A stretch of DNA of 61,097 nt, counting the filler, from Diploschistes diacapsis (taxonomy: Eukaryota): NCBI GenBank assembly GCA_023645945.1. It is 4 parts of 4 records of this genome, joined end to end, with 100 filler letters (N's around TTAATTAATTAA, not from the genome) between each part and the next. Parts side by side here need not be neighbours in the genome. Positions count along the whole stretch, not along the records: positions 30,620 to 45,818 come from JALAIB010000567.1; positions 45,919 to 61,097 come from JALAIB010000568.1; 2 more parts are not named here. One strand, 5' to 3'. The position numbers were made by a program, and so were the translations under genes. This document shows, piece after piece, positions 40,384-52,605 of this stretch. Below the pieces are notes generated by a model. It saw only the letters and a program-made list of their open reading frames with translations. It ran no database searches and was not told where the DNA came from. The stretch's first letter is position 1, and the number at the start of each line of letters is the position of its first letter.

Positions 40384-40668
40384 TGAGTAAGCGTCGCATT
40401 GCAGGTTTTCGCCATAAGTTAGACTCAGTCGGCGTCGTTTAGTAAAGGCACCGACCTACCTACCTACCTACCTAGTGCACGCCATGAACGATACGTGCCT
40501 AGGGCGGGGGAAGTAGCACCATAACAATGGAAACGATATCGATATGAAAGTTACTTTATGTTGTGTGTGAGATGCAGAATTGATGACTCATTTGCCGGAG
40601 GGAATTCGGGATTCGGCACGGTTATCTCCGATGACAAGTTCAGCTGTTAGCACGGCAAGCATTAGTAA
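40384..40668. promoter_or_regulatory. Cluster of AP-1/Yap-type bZIP sites upstream of kapC
   Basis: TGAGTAA at 40384, TTAGTAA at 40439, TGACTCA at 40584, TTAGTAA at 40662. Confidence 0.45.
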
Positions 40669-41293
40669 AGCTTTTCTCAAGGGACTAGAGGGGGAAATCA
40701 AGGCCAATAGTAGCGTGTGCTAAGGGCATACTAGAAAGCGGGAGTGCTAAATCGATGGATGGATATGAGCTCAGGCAGGAGGTAAAGGGGAAGGTGAAAA
40801 TATCCCCCCCCCCCGGGTCCGCATTTAAAAGCTCGCCCACTACCCGCTTTCTCAGAAATTAGTCATCCATCTTCACTCTCTCCTGCGGTTACTGGTGTAG
40901 TGCAGTCGCGCATCAAATCCCCAACTCATAACCATTTACGCATTTACGAGGCTCGTTTGGGTGCGAAAGAGCTTTGGCCGCCGTCGCCGCTGAATTTCCG
41001 ATTGCTCTGCACTTTTTTTCCACCATCGCCGCCAACATCAAGGCAGAATCCGCTCTAACCCAACGGAAGCATCCAATCTTCGTCATCAATAGCTCGGCCG
41101 CATTGGTAAGCAGCCTTAACAACTGAATAAAGGAATCAGAGCATGTTAGAAGGAGAGTATAACTGATGGCCACGCCTTCATAGGCGCGTAGAGAGAGACA
41201 CCCCAAAAAGAAAAGACAAAGTAGGAGGGGGCTCCTCTCGTGTCTCGTTCGCATAGAACACACCTCGCCGTCGCCCTGAGAGAAGAGTCAGAA

Positions 41294-42434
41294 ATGCAGC
41301 CTGCCCTGGCTCCAGCTCCGCACATGATGCGTCCGAGCGCTCAGGTAAGCAAGACTTGTTTGTAGTCAACGCCCCAAGCCTTTCCCCAAATCATGTTTTG
41401 AGAACCGGCAAAAATTACAAATGCTCGCCCACCAAAAAACCCCGAATCAATGCTGATTGATGGTAGGATAGCGAACAGGGTGAGTAATCAGCTAGCTTCA
41501 TTATCAACCCATGTCGCCCTCTAAACCTAGTTCTCCCCCTTTTCCTTTACTGAATTATCGCCCATTCTTTGATTCCCATGAAATAATATCTGAGATTTGC
41601 ACACCTTATATTATTATCCACGCCTCTGGATTCCATTCAAGTTTCCTGCTGACGCAGCATTTATAAACCCCATAGCCCTGCGCGAGCAATTGCTGCATCA
41701 TGTCAACGATCCGTCAGGTCAACAACGAAGTCTGGACCCCCAAGTTCACAGCCCTCCCGGCTCATCAGTGAACCACGCTCACAATATCGATCCAGCAATT
41801 GCAGGTCCGGGCATGATAAGCCACAGCCCCGGCGAGAGCGGCGGCGACGACCCCGCCGGCTCCGAAAACAAGAGGGGCGGTAAGCGCGAGCTGTCTACCT
41901 CGAAACGTGCTGCTCAAAATCGACAAGCGCAGGTAGGCCCATGATATGTCGCAAATTGTTTTCTTTCCTTGCCTTGTTTGGATGTTCCGAGGTCATAGAG
42001 TGACGTTTGAAATAGCAGCTAACAGCTTGACTTGCTAGCGCGCCTTCCGCCAACGTAAGGAGGGCCACATCAAGAAACTTGAGGAGCAAGTCCGCGACTA
42101 CCAGCTGTTGACGGAAAACTACAAGGCCGTTCAGGCGGAGAACTACCAGCTGCGTGATTACATCATCAACCTTCAATCGCGCCTCATAGAGTCACAGGGC
42201 AATTTCCCTCCCGCACCGAGCAACATAAATTTACAGCAGCCTGCTGTTGGGGGGCCTGCTGCTGCGCAACCAGGAGAGGGGCGGAATGGTGAGTCGAGCG
42301 GTGTGGTGCCGCAGCAGGGTCAGAGCGGTGCACCAACAGCGCCGATGGCTGGGGCGGCGTTGAGTATGATGCAAGCCGGCGACGAAGTGAAGGTAGAGAG
42401 GGGCGGGGTGGATCCGCAACTGCACAGACCGTAA
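41294..42434 (+). CDS. kapC: Yap-like bZIP transcription factor, KapC ortholog, 4 coding exons including a 13-nt microexon
   Basis: MQPALAPAPH…SAQ|DSEQ|ALREQLL…NIDPAIAG…KRELSTSKRAAQNRQAQ|RAFRQRKEGHIKKLEEQV…LRDYIINLQSRL matches the Aspergillus KapC layout as recalled. Confidence 0.85.
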
Positions 42435-43503
42435 GAGGGTCCGCCTTGTCGGGCATGAAGGTGAAGCGCCTGGCAGATGTGGTGTGGTGGCTGAAGTGGC
42501 ACACAACGAATCTGCTTTGTCTGTGATAAGCGCGACAGTCCTCTGTCGTCACCTTCGCTTCCTTTGGCGGCCGCCTCTCCTATTGCGACTGTTTTACGAG
42601 CCACGAGTTTGTTTCTGCTTGGTTTGCTTCGTACTTACTCTTCTCTTTGGCTCGAGGATATAGGGGTTTTTGGGGGGAAGGGGGGGGAGCTTCCTATACC
42701 CGCCTCTAGTCAGCGATGAGAAAATCATGAGATAGCAGGCCGGCTAGGGAGGTCCGCGTTCGCTAGTAGAAAGGTGCTGGGAAATGAAGGCCACATCCTA
42801 CAAGGACCTCTTCATGCGTCAGAGTCTCCCGTTCCGCAGGGTATCTCAGCGACGTATGTATTGAACAGCGCAAGCTTGTCCACACTGTATCGAGCAATGG
42901 TTCGTCGATTCATCAAAGAACAATCTGAAAAGGGGGGGAAGGAGGAGAAGACTGTAGCGGTCGTCTTGCATCCTATTTTCAACATCAATAGGCATGGCCA
43001 CCTCGATAGCCAGCTCCGAATGGTACGAGCAAAGTATTGCAAGTTTACCCTCTGCTGCAAACTACCAACATACTGTATCACACGGATCGAATTGCTATTT
43101 TCTATAGACCCATTTCTTGTACCTCTAGTATGTGTGTGTAGCGGAACGGCCGAAGTGCTATGCAGCAATACATAGCATAAATACTGAACCGTGTTCTATT
43201 CTTGCCGGATGAGACAAGAATTGAGTGCGAGAAATTCACCATGGAGAGCGAGCGACTAATGGTTTGACGTTGCCATAGCTCTATCCGAGAGTGCGTTTAA
43301 CAGCTTCAAAAAGGCCATGGCTAATTCCAGGGGCTCTCAAAGCTTCTGCACTGATGGAGTTAGCATGTGATAATGGAGACCCATTTCAAATACAGTTGTC
43401 AGTAATCAAAAGCTCTTTTGAGCTTTTGGTTTCCCGCTCAATGAACATCGCACCTCGCCTCGTTCCTTTTCCTTTCTCTAGGGCCGACATCGATTTCTGA
43501 AAC

Positions 43504-45818
43504 ATGACCATCACCGCCGTGCAGGTTTTTGAACCAGTTGAGATCTCCACAAAATTACCACATCGAAGCACTCCAAAACCCCCGCCGCAAGTATGGCAAG
43601 CCAGCGAGCCCCCGTTCAAGGGCTACACGCCGGCGCCTTCGGACGGATACGCCAAGAGCTCTCCCTCGACGGCGATTGTGATTGATAATGGTACCTCATC
43701 CTATATAGAGCATCCCGGAATAGCCGTCTGACAGACCGATACCTAGGCTCGAGCCTGCTCCGCGCAGGATGGTCCTTCGATAAAGCCCCTCGAGTGTCAA
43801 TACCCGCAAACGTAGCCCGCTATAGGGATCGGAAGCTGAACCGCACGTGCATGTACGTTGGCTGGGACACGTACGCCGACGCTACGACTCGGGGGCAGAT
43901 ACGCAATGCTTTCGAGCCGGGTACTGGTCTGGTCACGAATTGGGATATCATGGAGGGAGTGCTGGACTATACGTTTCTGAGGCTGGGGATTGAAGGATCA
44001 GAAGGCGGGATAGGGAGACCGGTAGTCATGACGGAGCCAGTAGCCAACCTAAGCTATTCGAGGAGAAGTGGGTACAAGATCTTATTCGGCGAGTTGTGAG
44101 GCTAAGAACAAGCAGTGATGTCGGAGATACTCTTTGAGTGCTATTCTGCACCGTCGGTCGCATACGGTATCGATAGTCTTCTCTCCTACAAATATAATGG
44201 CGGGCGTAACGGTCTAGTCGTCTCATCCTCACATTCCTCGACACACCTCATTTCCGTTCTTGATTCGAAACCGATCATGTCCAGCATCTCGAGGCTAAAC
44301 TGGGGAGGCTACCAAGGAGCAGACTATCTCTTCAAGCTTCTAAAGCTGAAGTACCCTACATTCCCTGGCAAAATGGCCGAGCCCCAAGTCGCGGAGCTAA
44401 TGCGCGAGCACTGCTATATATCGCACAATTACGACAACGAGATGCGCCATTATCTCGACTGGACAGGCCTGGAAGATCGAGATCACCTCATCCAATATCC
44501 TTTCACCGAGCACATCGTTCCCGAGAAGTCCGAAGAGGAGCTTGCTAAGATCGCCGAGCGAAAAAAGGAAAGCGGCCGGCGCCTGCAAGAACAAGCCGCA
44601 AAGATGCGTCTTGACAAGCTCGTCAAGAAGGAGGAGAATCTCGCCTACTACCGTGACCTCCAGCAGCGCCTTGAAGGCCAAACCAAGAAGGAGATTCGGC
44701 GCCTACTCGATGATGACGAGTTCCGGGATGAGGCGGCGCTGGAGCGCAAGATCAAGGATATCGAAAAGTCTATTCGAAAGTCCCGCAACAAGGACCTGGG
44801 CGGACCTGAAAATGAAGAGGAAGAGGAAGCACCAACCTTTCCGCTACTTGACGTGCCGGACGACCGGCTGGACGCCGAAGGCCTCAAGCAGAAGCGGCAC
44901 CAGCGGCTGATGAAGTCCGGTGTCGAGGCCCGCGCACGGGCTCGCCAGGAGAAAGAGGCCGAGAAGGCGCGGCTGGCGGAGGAGCAGCGGCTGGACAACG
45001 AGAAGCGCGAGGATGATCTCGAGGGCTGGCTGGAGCAGAAGCGGGCCGAGAGAACTGCATGCCTCCCCTCTCCTTGCCCTTCACTTGATTTTCGCCGCAA
45101 TCGCCCATGCTAACGCCATTGCAGGTCCTCCTCGGCCGAATCAAAGACCAACAGCGCCAGCGCGCCGACCTCGGCAACCGCAAATCCCTGCTCTCGCAAC
45201 AGCGCATGAAAACCCTCGCCAACCTTGCCTCGGACCAGCCCGGCCGCAAGCGCCGGCGCGGCGGCGGCGACACCAACGACGACGACACCTTCGGCGCCAA
45301 CGACGAGGACTGGGCGGTGTACCGCACCGTGCAGACGGGCGACGTGTCGGACGAGGAGGAAGAGGAGGACCTGCCGGCCGGCCTGAAGAACGTGGAGGCG
45401 CTGCTGCTGCAGCACGACCCCGGCTTCACCGAGGCGCACACGCTGGAGGCGCAGAGCGACTGGACGAAGAGCCTGATGCATGCGTTCGTGCGCGGCCCGA
45501 GGCCCTGGGACCCGGAGAGCCAGAAGGAGGCGCATCAGATCCACCTGAACGTCGAGCGGATCCGGGTGCCGGAGGTCGTGTTCCAGCCGGGGATCGCGGG
45601 CGTGGACCAGGCGGGGCTGGTGGAGATCGCGGCGGATATCGTGAACCAGCGGCTGGGCGGCAGGGAGGAGAGGGAGAGGGTGCTGCGGGATGTTTTCTTG
45701 ACGGGGGGGAACACGCTGTTCAAGGGGTTTGGGGAGAGGCTCGAGAGGGAGCTGAGGGGGTGCTTGGAGGTCGAGGTGGGGAAGGCGATGAAGGTCAGGC
45801 GCGCGAGGGATGCGGTGG
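43504..45818 (+). CDS. ARP5: Actin-related protein 5 (INO80 complex), 3' end truncated by contig end
   Basis: IVIDNG, NWDIMEGVLDY, ILFECY, KKESGRRLQEQAAKMRL, DDTFGANDEDW, LNVERIRVPEVVFQP, FLTGG. Confidence 0.95.
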
Positions 45819-45918
45819 NNNNNNNNNNNNNNNNNNNNNNNNNNNNNNNNNNNNNNNNNNNNTTAATTAATTAANNNNNNNNNNNNNNNNNNNNNNNNNN
45901 NNNNNNNNNNNNNNNNNN
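45819..45918. other. Artificial contig spacer N44-TTAATTAATTAA-N44
   Basis: Same 100-bp spacer. Confidence 0.97.
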
Positions 45919-46331
45919 ACCTTTCTGAGAAAAAAGACTGGGAGTCTTAGTGATACGTGCTTGATGAAAAGTTTCATTGTAATATTACAATGCTATGGTT
46001 TTTACCATACATAAACTTGTACGAATTCATTCTACAGAGCAAGGCGCACTAAGTGTGAACATCATGATGGTCTGCCTCCCGCTTGATATTCGATAGCCAC
46101 AAGGTTCTGATACGACTGTGCCTAAAACCTAGCAAAGAACCACGCTCTCTGGTCAGTCCAATCTTAGATCGAAAGAGAGATGGCGCTAAAACTGGAAATG
46201 CCATTTATAAGGGGGCCGGATATTATAAATCGACGCTTATCATGACACCTTGTTGATCAGTATTCAGCTGCACCCCATCGATTCTCGCACTAAATCCTCT
46301 CAACCAGGATTCGTCCGGCATACGTTGTAGC

Positions 46332-47617
46332 ATGGACGACTCTCCAGGCCCCACCAAGGCTACCATCCAGCACCTCCTCGCCTCCATCGCCTCGACCGGC
46401 GCCTCCTACCTCTCCTCCCCCAACAGCAACAACAACGCCGCCCACCTCCGCAACCACTTCTCTCCCTCACCCAATCCCTAACCACCAACCTCACAGACCC
46501 CCACTCCACCCTCCTCGTCGCTATAGACTTCGACCTCTTCTCCACCCTCTCGTCCGGCCCCACGCACCTCTCCGCCCTCGCCTCCGCCACCGGCGCCTCC
46601 TCAGCCCTCCTCCAGCGCCTCCTGCGCCACCTCGCCGCCACCTCGGTCGTCCTCGAGACGGGCCCCGACACCTTCGCGCCCACGGCCCTGACCCAGCTGC
46701 TCACGGACCCGCGCCACGCCGCCGCCCTGCACTACAGCGACGCGCTCCCCACGCCCGTGCTGGCCGTGCTGCCGCGCTTCCTCGCGGACACGGACTACCG
46801 CGACCCGTGCGACCAGCGGCACGGCCCGTTCCAGCACGCCATGCGCACGGACAAGTCGCCGTGGGACTGGGCGCGCGGGCGGCGCGACCTGGCGGGCGTG
46901 TTTGCGCTGCATATGAGCGGGTACCATGCGAAGCAGGGCAGCTGGATGGATGCGGGGTTCTACCCCGTTGCCGAGAGGCTGGTCGCGGGGTGTCGGGAGG
47001 GGGATGGGGAGGTGTTGCTGGTGGACGTGGGCGGCGGGCTGGGACACGATCTGGAGGAGTTCCGGGAGAAGCACGGGGAGCTTGTGAGGGGTCGGAGGAT
47101 GGTGCTGCAGGATCTTGGGGTCATGGTGAAGGGAGCGAGGGAGCTGAGGCCTTGGGTTGAGGCGCAGGCGCATGATTTCTTTGGGGAGCAGGGTGTTAAA
47201 GGTGGGTGCGATGTGTGATGTGTGGAGGACATGTGCTTCCTGTATTGCATTGCATGGGGTTCTGGAAGCTGATCGGCTTTTTTTTGTCTAGGAGCTCGCG
47301 CGTATCTGCTGCACTCGGTGCTGCATGACTGGCAGGACGAGGCCGCCGTGCGCATTCTGAGCAATTTGCGAGAGGCCATGCAGCCTGGCTACTCGAAGGT
47401 TCTGGTCTACGAGCACGTCATACCGGAGAAGGGCGCGTCGTGGAAGTCGACTTCGCTGGACCTGACCATGATGGGCACGGCGTCGAAGGAGCGAACAGAG
47501 GCCCAGTGGCGGGAGGTGGTCGATGCCGCTGGTCTGCGGATATCGGGCATCTGGACCCAGGAACCGGGGTCGGAGAGCTTGATCGAGGTGGTGACACAGA
47601 GGACTTCCAAATTGTAG
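46332..47617 (+). CDS. SAM-dependent O-methyltransferase (Methyltransf_2, secondary metabolism), with an apparent frameshift near 46455
   Basis: RLLRHLAA dimerisation region, VDVGGGLGHDL, VLQDL, AHDFF, LHSVLHDWQD, ERTEAQW. Intron 47202-47291. C-terminal SKL. Confidence 0.85.
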
Positions 47618-47642
47618 TAGCCTTATAAACAGAGCAAACTAC

Positions 47643-49082
47643 CTATCTACTCCCTCCACGGGGCCGCAACACACATTTGATATTTTCCTGCCTCACCGTC
47701 CACCGATTAGTCGTCCTCCACTCCTGCTCGGGATCCTCAAGCTCAATCTCAAACCTCAACAACAGGCTCGGCAGCACCTTGTACGTCTCCAGCAGCGCAA
47801 TGTACTTGCCCACACACGACCGGCTGCCCCCTCCGAACACCAGATCCGCCCGCTTCCAAGCATTCATGCGCTCCCTATACTCCTCCTCGCCCTCCCCTTC
47901 TCCCCGCAGCCACCGCTCCGGCACAAAGGCCTCCGCCTCCTCGCCGAACAGCGGCCGCCGGTTGACGATCCACGAGCTCATCCCAACGTCCGTGCCCGGC
48001 GGCAGCACGTACCCGTCCGGCATCTTCAGGCCCGACGCGACGCGCTCAAGCCCCAAGCCGATGGACGGGGTGCAGACGGTAGGACTCCCGGATGCAGGGC
48101 GTCCAGGTACGGCAACTGCTGGCTCTGCTTCCAGGTGACGGGGACGGAGAGGCGCGCGGAACCCAGCTCGGCCAGCAGCCTGGCTTTCTTCGCGGGGGAC
48201 TTGAGCAGGTAGTAGACCATGGCCCGTAGCCCGATGGCCGTGGTGTCGGCGCCGGCCATGGCGCTCACCAGCGTCCAGTCGGTCAGCAGGTAGTAGTTGT
48301 AGCCCGGCGGCTCCGGGATACGGGCCGCGTCGAGGAAGCGGTCGAGGAAGTCGCGGGTGCGGCTCTGGGAAGGGGTGGAGGAGGATTTCGAGCGCTCGAG
48401 CTCGGCGAGACGCTTCCGGAATTGGGCCTGCGCGAAGGAGGGAAACATGGTGCTGTTCTTGACGAAGTAGCCGACTATTGGGTTGTATTTAACGAAGGTG
48501 CCCAGCCAGGGCGTCGTGGTGAGCTAGGATTGCGAGCTAGTATATAGGTTGAGGCTATGTGGGAAGCCGGACGTGCAGCCTTACCAGGGCGGAACGATCG
48601 ATGTTCTTGTCTATTCGGTGCATGAAGTCGCCGACGTCGCCGCCTTGGTCCATGAAGCCGAAGTTGTCGCTGAAGGTTGGGTGCATGATCACATCGTTGG
48701 CGTCTGCATAGAGTCAGCTTCCGAGAGGCTCTCGACTGCATTGTCAATCAGTGTACATAAGCGTAACCAGAGCGCCATGTCACACACGCGGCCCTTCTGC
48801 TGAGCGAACTCCTCGTCGAGCCGGCTTATGAACTTGGTGATCATCTCATCCACCAGGGGCTCATAGTCCGAGACGGTACTGAACGAGTATGCAGCCGCGA
48901 TGGGCTTCTTGATCGTAGCGACATCCTGGGGATCTCGAGCGGAGAGCCACCACGTGGAGCGCTTGCCATTGATGCGCGGCGCAAATGCATCGTACATTTC
49001 ACTCTATCCTCATCAGAGAAAAAGCCTTGACATGGGGGGCGGCGAGCATCAAGTATACTTTCAAGTATCCTGGATTGACCCC
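47643..49082 (-). pseudogene. Cytochrome P450, 5'-truncated, with two +1 frameshifts
   Basis: I-helix AGADTT, PERW and heme motif FGGGSRSCVG. The ExxR region (YLDACIRESYRLHP) is restored only by removing one base at about 48098 and one at about 48068. No N-terminal membrane anchor is found upstream of …VNPGYLK|SEMYDAF. Confidence 0.8.
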
Positions 49083-49490
49083 GCTTGTTGCTCGCGGCCA
49101 CCTATTGATCGCGCACTATAGGATTAGCAATCTACAAATCAGAGTATAGATCTGCTAGCTTCTTTCCTACTTGCCTGCCTGCCTGCCTGCCCTGCTTCCG
49201 TTCCAACATGAGACAGACGTTGCCACTGTTGGAGGCCATTCACACATGCACTAGGAAACTCATGATAGACAGATAATCAGTCCTTGACGATTCTTCGTAT
49301 CTCGTTCCTCCTTGCCTGTCGTAATAGAAGTGCAATATGTACACCAACGATGTGCCAACCGTCTCTTGGCCCGCCTTTAACCTCAAAATATATGCTCGAT
49401 ATGCTCCTGATATATTCACACGCTCTTCAACACATGCCGCTCGCCTCGATCCAGTCGTAGTTCGCTCTCAACCATTCAATCGCTCTCAGA

Positions 49491-52400
49491 TCACTTCCCT
49501 TTTGCCAGATGCTCTTCCATCTGACTGAGCAACGTCGCCGGTACCGAGTCGTCTGTCGCGCGAATTGTGAGGCGATACATCTGTAGTGCACCCATCAGCA
49601 ATCCCTCCTAACCTCATAGAGAGGATATGAAATTTAGCATTACCTTCGTCTCGTAGTTCGGTTCTAACCGCATCAGGCACCCGAATTTGCCCAAGACCTT
49701 TGTGTGCAGCACACATGCCCCCACAACATTCTTGCCGTTTGGATCTACGCCTTTCAGGACGCCCCATCTGAATTTCTCCGTCGCATTCTGTGTCACAGTC
49801 TGGTCCATTGTCCTCCCAGCCTCAGCTAGCCCAAAGATCTTCTGCGCCTCCTTCGGCGGCCCGCCGATCTGTTTCCAGCGCTTGAAAAAGTCGTCGCCGG
49901 ACAGTGCCGCCGGTTCCATGAATTTATGGAGCATAATAGGCAAGCGCAATGTAACGGCCTGCAACGAACCGGCAAGATAGGAGATGCGTATAGTAGGCGC
50001 TTCGGTGAAGACGCCTTTGGCTTCGCACATGATAGTCTGCTGAGCCTGGCCGTCCCGCTGCACGGTTGGATCGGGAATGGTCTTTGCTGTTATAGAGAGG
50101 TGCTGAGGGGAGGAAGTGTCTAGAGTAGTGGTGAGGGAGCCCATGGGCGAAGACATGCGGTTGGTAAAGTAGAGAATAATGATACCCGCCGAGGCTCTGT
50201 ACTCAGAACGAAGCCCGACTTGGATTTGACTGTCTTCGTAGAGAATACCCTGGTCGGCGAAGAGGAGCTGACGGTAACCGGGCTCCCAGCCTGGACTAAG
50301 GTGGGCGGCACTGGCGAAATTTGGTGTCTTTGGGGTCTTGGGTTGGGGCTGAGATTCTCGGTCTATAGCTATGCTGTTAAGGCTGTGGGTACCGTTCGCT
50401 CCGTTGGTGGGCGAGGTGGGCGAGGTGGGCGAGGTGGGCGTGCTTTTTGCTGGAGATTGCAAGCCGTTCAGCCCATTCAGCCCAGTGGTCAATGTCGACA
50501 TTCGCTTCAAACCAGTTTGCTGAGCTACCAGCATCTCTCTTGGATCCGTGTTGGCTGTCTTCCCACCTACAACCCAGGTTCTTCGATCACCAGCAGCCCC
50601 TTGCTTCCCATGTAGTCTTGTCAATAGCACCGACAATCTCTCTGGGAACGGAGGCATCTCATCGCACACTGTCCGTAGCAGATCATCTGATGGCATGGTT
50701 GCAAGCGTCAGATATTCGCATGCTCGTTGCTGTAATTCAGCGTCTATCGCGTGGCTATAGACCCTGAATACCTGTAGGAGCTGTGGTTTGATCTCGGGGA
50801 AGAGATTGACAAATTTGACACAGCAAGATAGCAGAATCGCCCTCGTACTCGTCGCTGATCCGGGAAACTTGGATTGTAACGCAATTAGCTGCTCGATTGG
50901 GCTACACCCAGGGGTGTCAGCGATCAGATGACCGTATTCGCCCAGTAGATAGCCTCCAATCTTAACAATTGTTTCGTGGCACTGGTCCAATTTCATATAC
51001 TCTAGGATGTTCGAAGCGGCATAGACTTGCAAACTCTCGTTGTTTGTAGCGATTTGAATGACTCGCTGCCATACCTCATCGCTGACGTGATCCCCAGCCA
51101 TTGCTATCAATCGAAGCGATACGTCGACGTACCACTGCACGTCTGTCGCGTACTTTTCCGTCAAAATCGCAATCTTCAGGACCATTTCTTCTCGGATCGC
51201 ATAATCGGCGCTTTGGAGGTATCGCATCAGTTCATTGACGATAGGTTGTGCGTTCGTCGAATCACACATGCTGTATATCAGATCCAAGCCTTTCCGGCGT
51301 ACACTGATATCTCTATCTCGTAAAGAGCCCAATATCATGTTCTGATGCTTCTTGAGAGGGTCCAGGGTCTCGTTGCGGGCAGCAAAATGGGCCATAGCGT
51401 CTAAGCCAAGATAACGGACATTTGTTTCTCGAGACGATATAAACTTCCCCAACTTGGACGATATCGTTACCATAAGCTCTCGTTCGGTGTCTAGGTGTAT
51501 GACGAGGTTTATGGCCTCGAACAGGACTGCATTCTGTGCGTTATTCTGCTGCACGTTCTTCGGCATGACAAAAGCATCCTTCATAATCTGACTGAGAGCT
51601 TGTCGTATTATGTCACGAGTATGTTGGTCCTCTGGATTTGGTCAGTGATGGAGCACTCCTAATGTTTACCAAGGGTAATATGACTACGCACCAGATGGTG
51701 GAAAGTATTGTAACAGTTTCAAAAACTTGACTTGGATCCACGGACAGGGAACTTTATAGTATAGATAATCTTCGGCGACATCGATGTCAACGACGATTTT
51801 CTTCAATCGTTGAGCTGCCTTGGCATAGCTGCCTTTATACTCATCTGGTCGATCTTGGGCAAGTGCCATGATCAGTGAGGTTACGGACAGAGTGACTCCC
51901 ATGTCGGGGTCATCCATCAAAGCGATTACTCGTTCGGCCCATTCTTGCTGAACGATATCAGGGTGTTTTCTATATAATCGCAAGAGCGTCAAGGCGGCTT
52001 TCTTCTTGACAAAGGCTTTGGAGGTTCTGCGATGCGATGTCAGCTCATTCTTCACACCGGGCAAATTCGAAGCCGTACGGCGAAATTAGTAACCTGTGAA
52101 CGTCGCTGCTCAGAGCTTCGCCCATCTCCCTTCCTCCAACGTTTGCAATTGCATGCAGAGCCAGACAGTTGAAAAGCTCGTTGTGATCCATGAGATCCTT
52201 TCTTATACTGTTGACCACCAAATGTAGAAGCTCATGTTGCTCGTGAAAGAACAGCGTAACAGCCAGATACCCGATCTGTTTTTCCGAATACTTGTTCGCT
52301 GAGACAAGATTGACCGCCTCCAAATGCCCGAAATCCACGTTCCAACCCAATATGTATATGTACAACAGCTTACAGACGTATTTCTTGCGGTGATAGCCGC

Positions 52401-52605
52401 TGAGGTTGCCATCCTTGAATTTCTGTCGTATATTGGCCAGCTCTTTATTGATTCTCTTCTCTTCGAGTTCTCTGGCCCTAGCGTTTCGCAAGTCCGCAAT
52501 AAATTGAACGAGTCCTCTCATGGACGAAGGATTGCCATCCCTGGCTCTCCCAAGTATGTTGGCAGCAGCGGTCGTCGCCAGTGTGTAGTCTGATATTTTA
52601 GACAT
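49491..52605 (-). CDS. APL3: AP-2 adaptor complex alpha subunit, 4 exons
   Basis: MRGLVQFIADLRNAR, YSEKQIGYLA, VPCPWIQVK, ETNVRYLGL, DAELQQRACEY, appendage ending CLMRLEPNYETK|MYRLTIRATD. Confidence 0.95.

Noticed and set aside
41166..41183. Constitutive uORF MATPS* upstream of kapC
   Set aside because: It coincides with the branch point and acceptor of a predicted 5'UTR intron, so it is normally spliced out.
50405..50440. 9-bp tandem repeat (GAGGTGGGC)n
   Set aside because: It encodes a PTS repeat in the disordered hinge of AP-2 alpha; an ordinary coding minisatellite.
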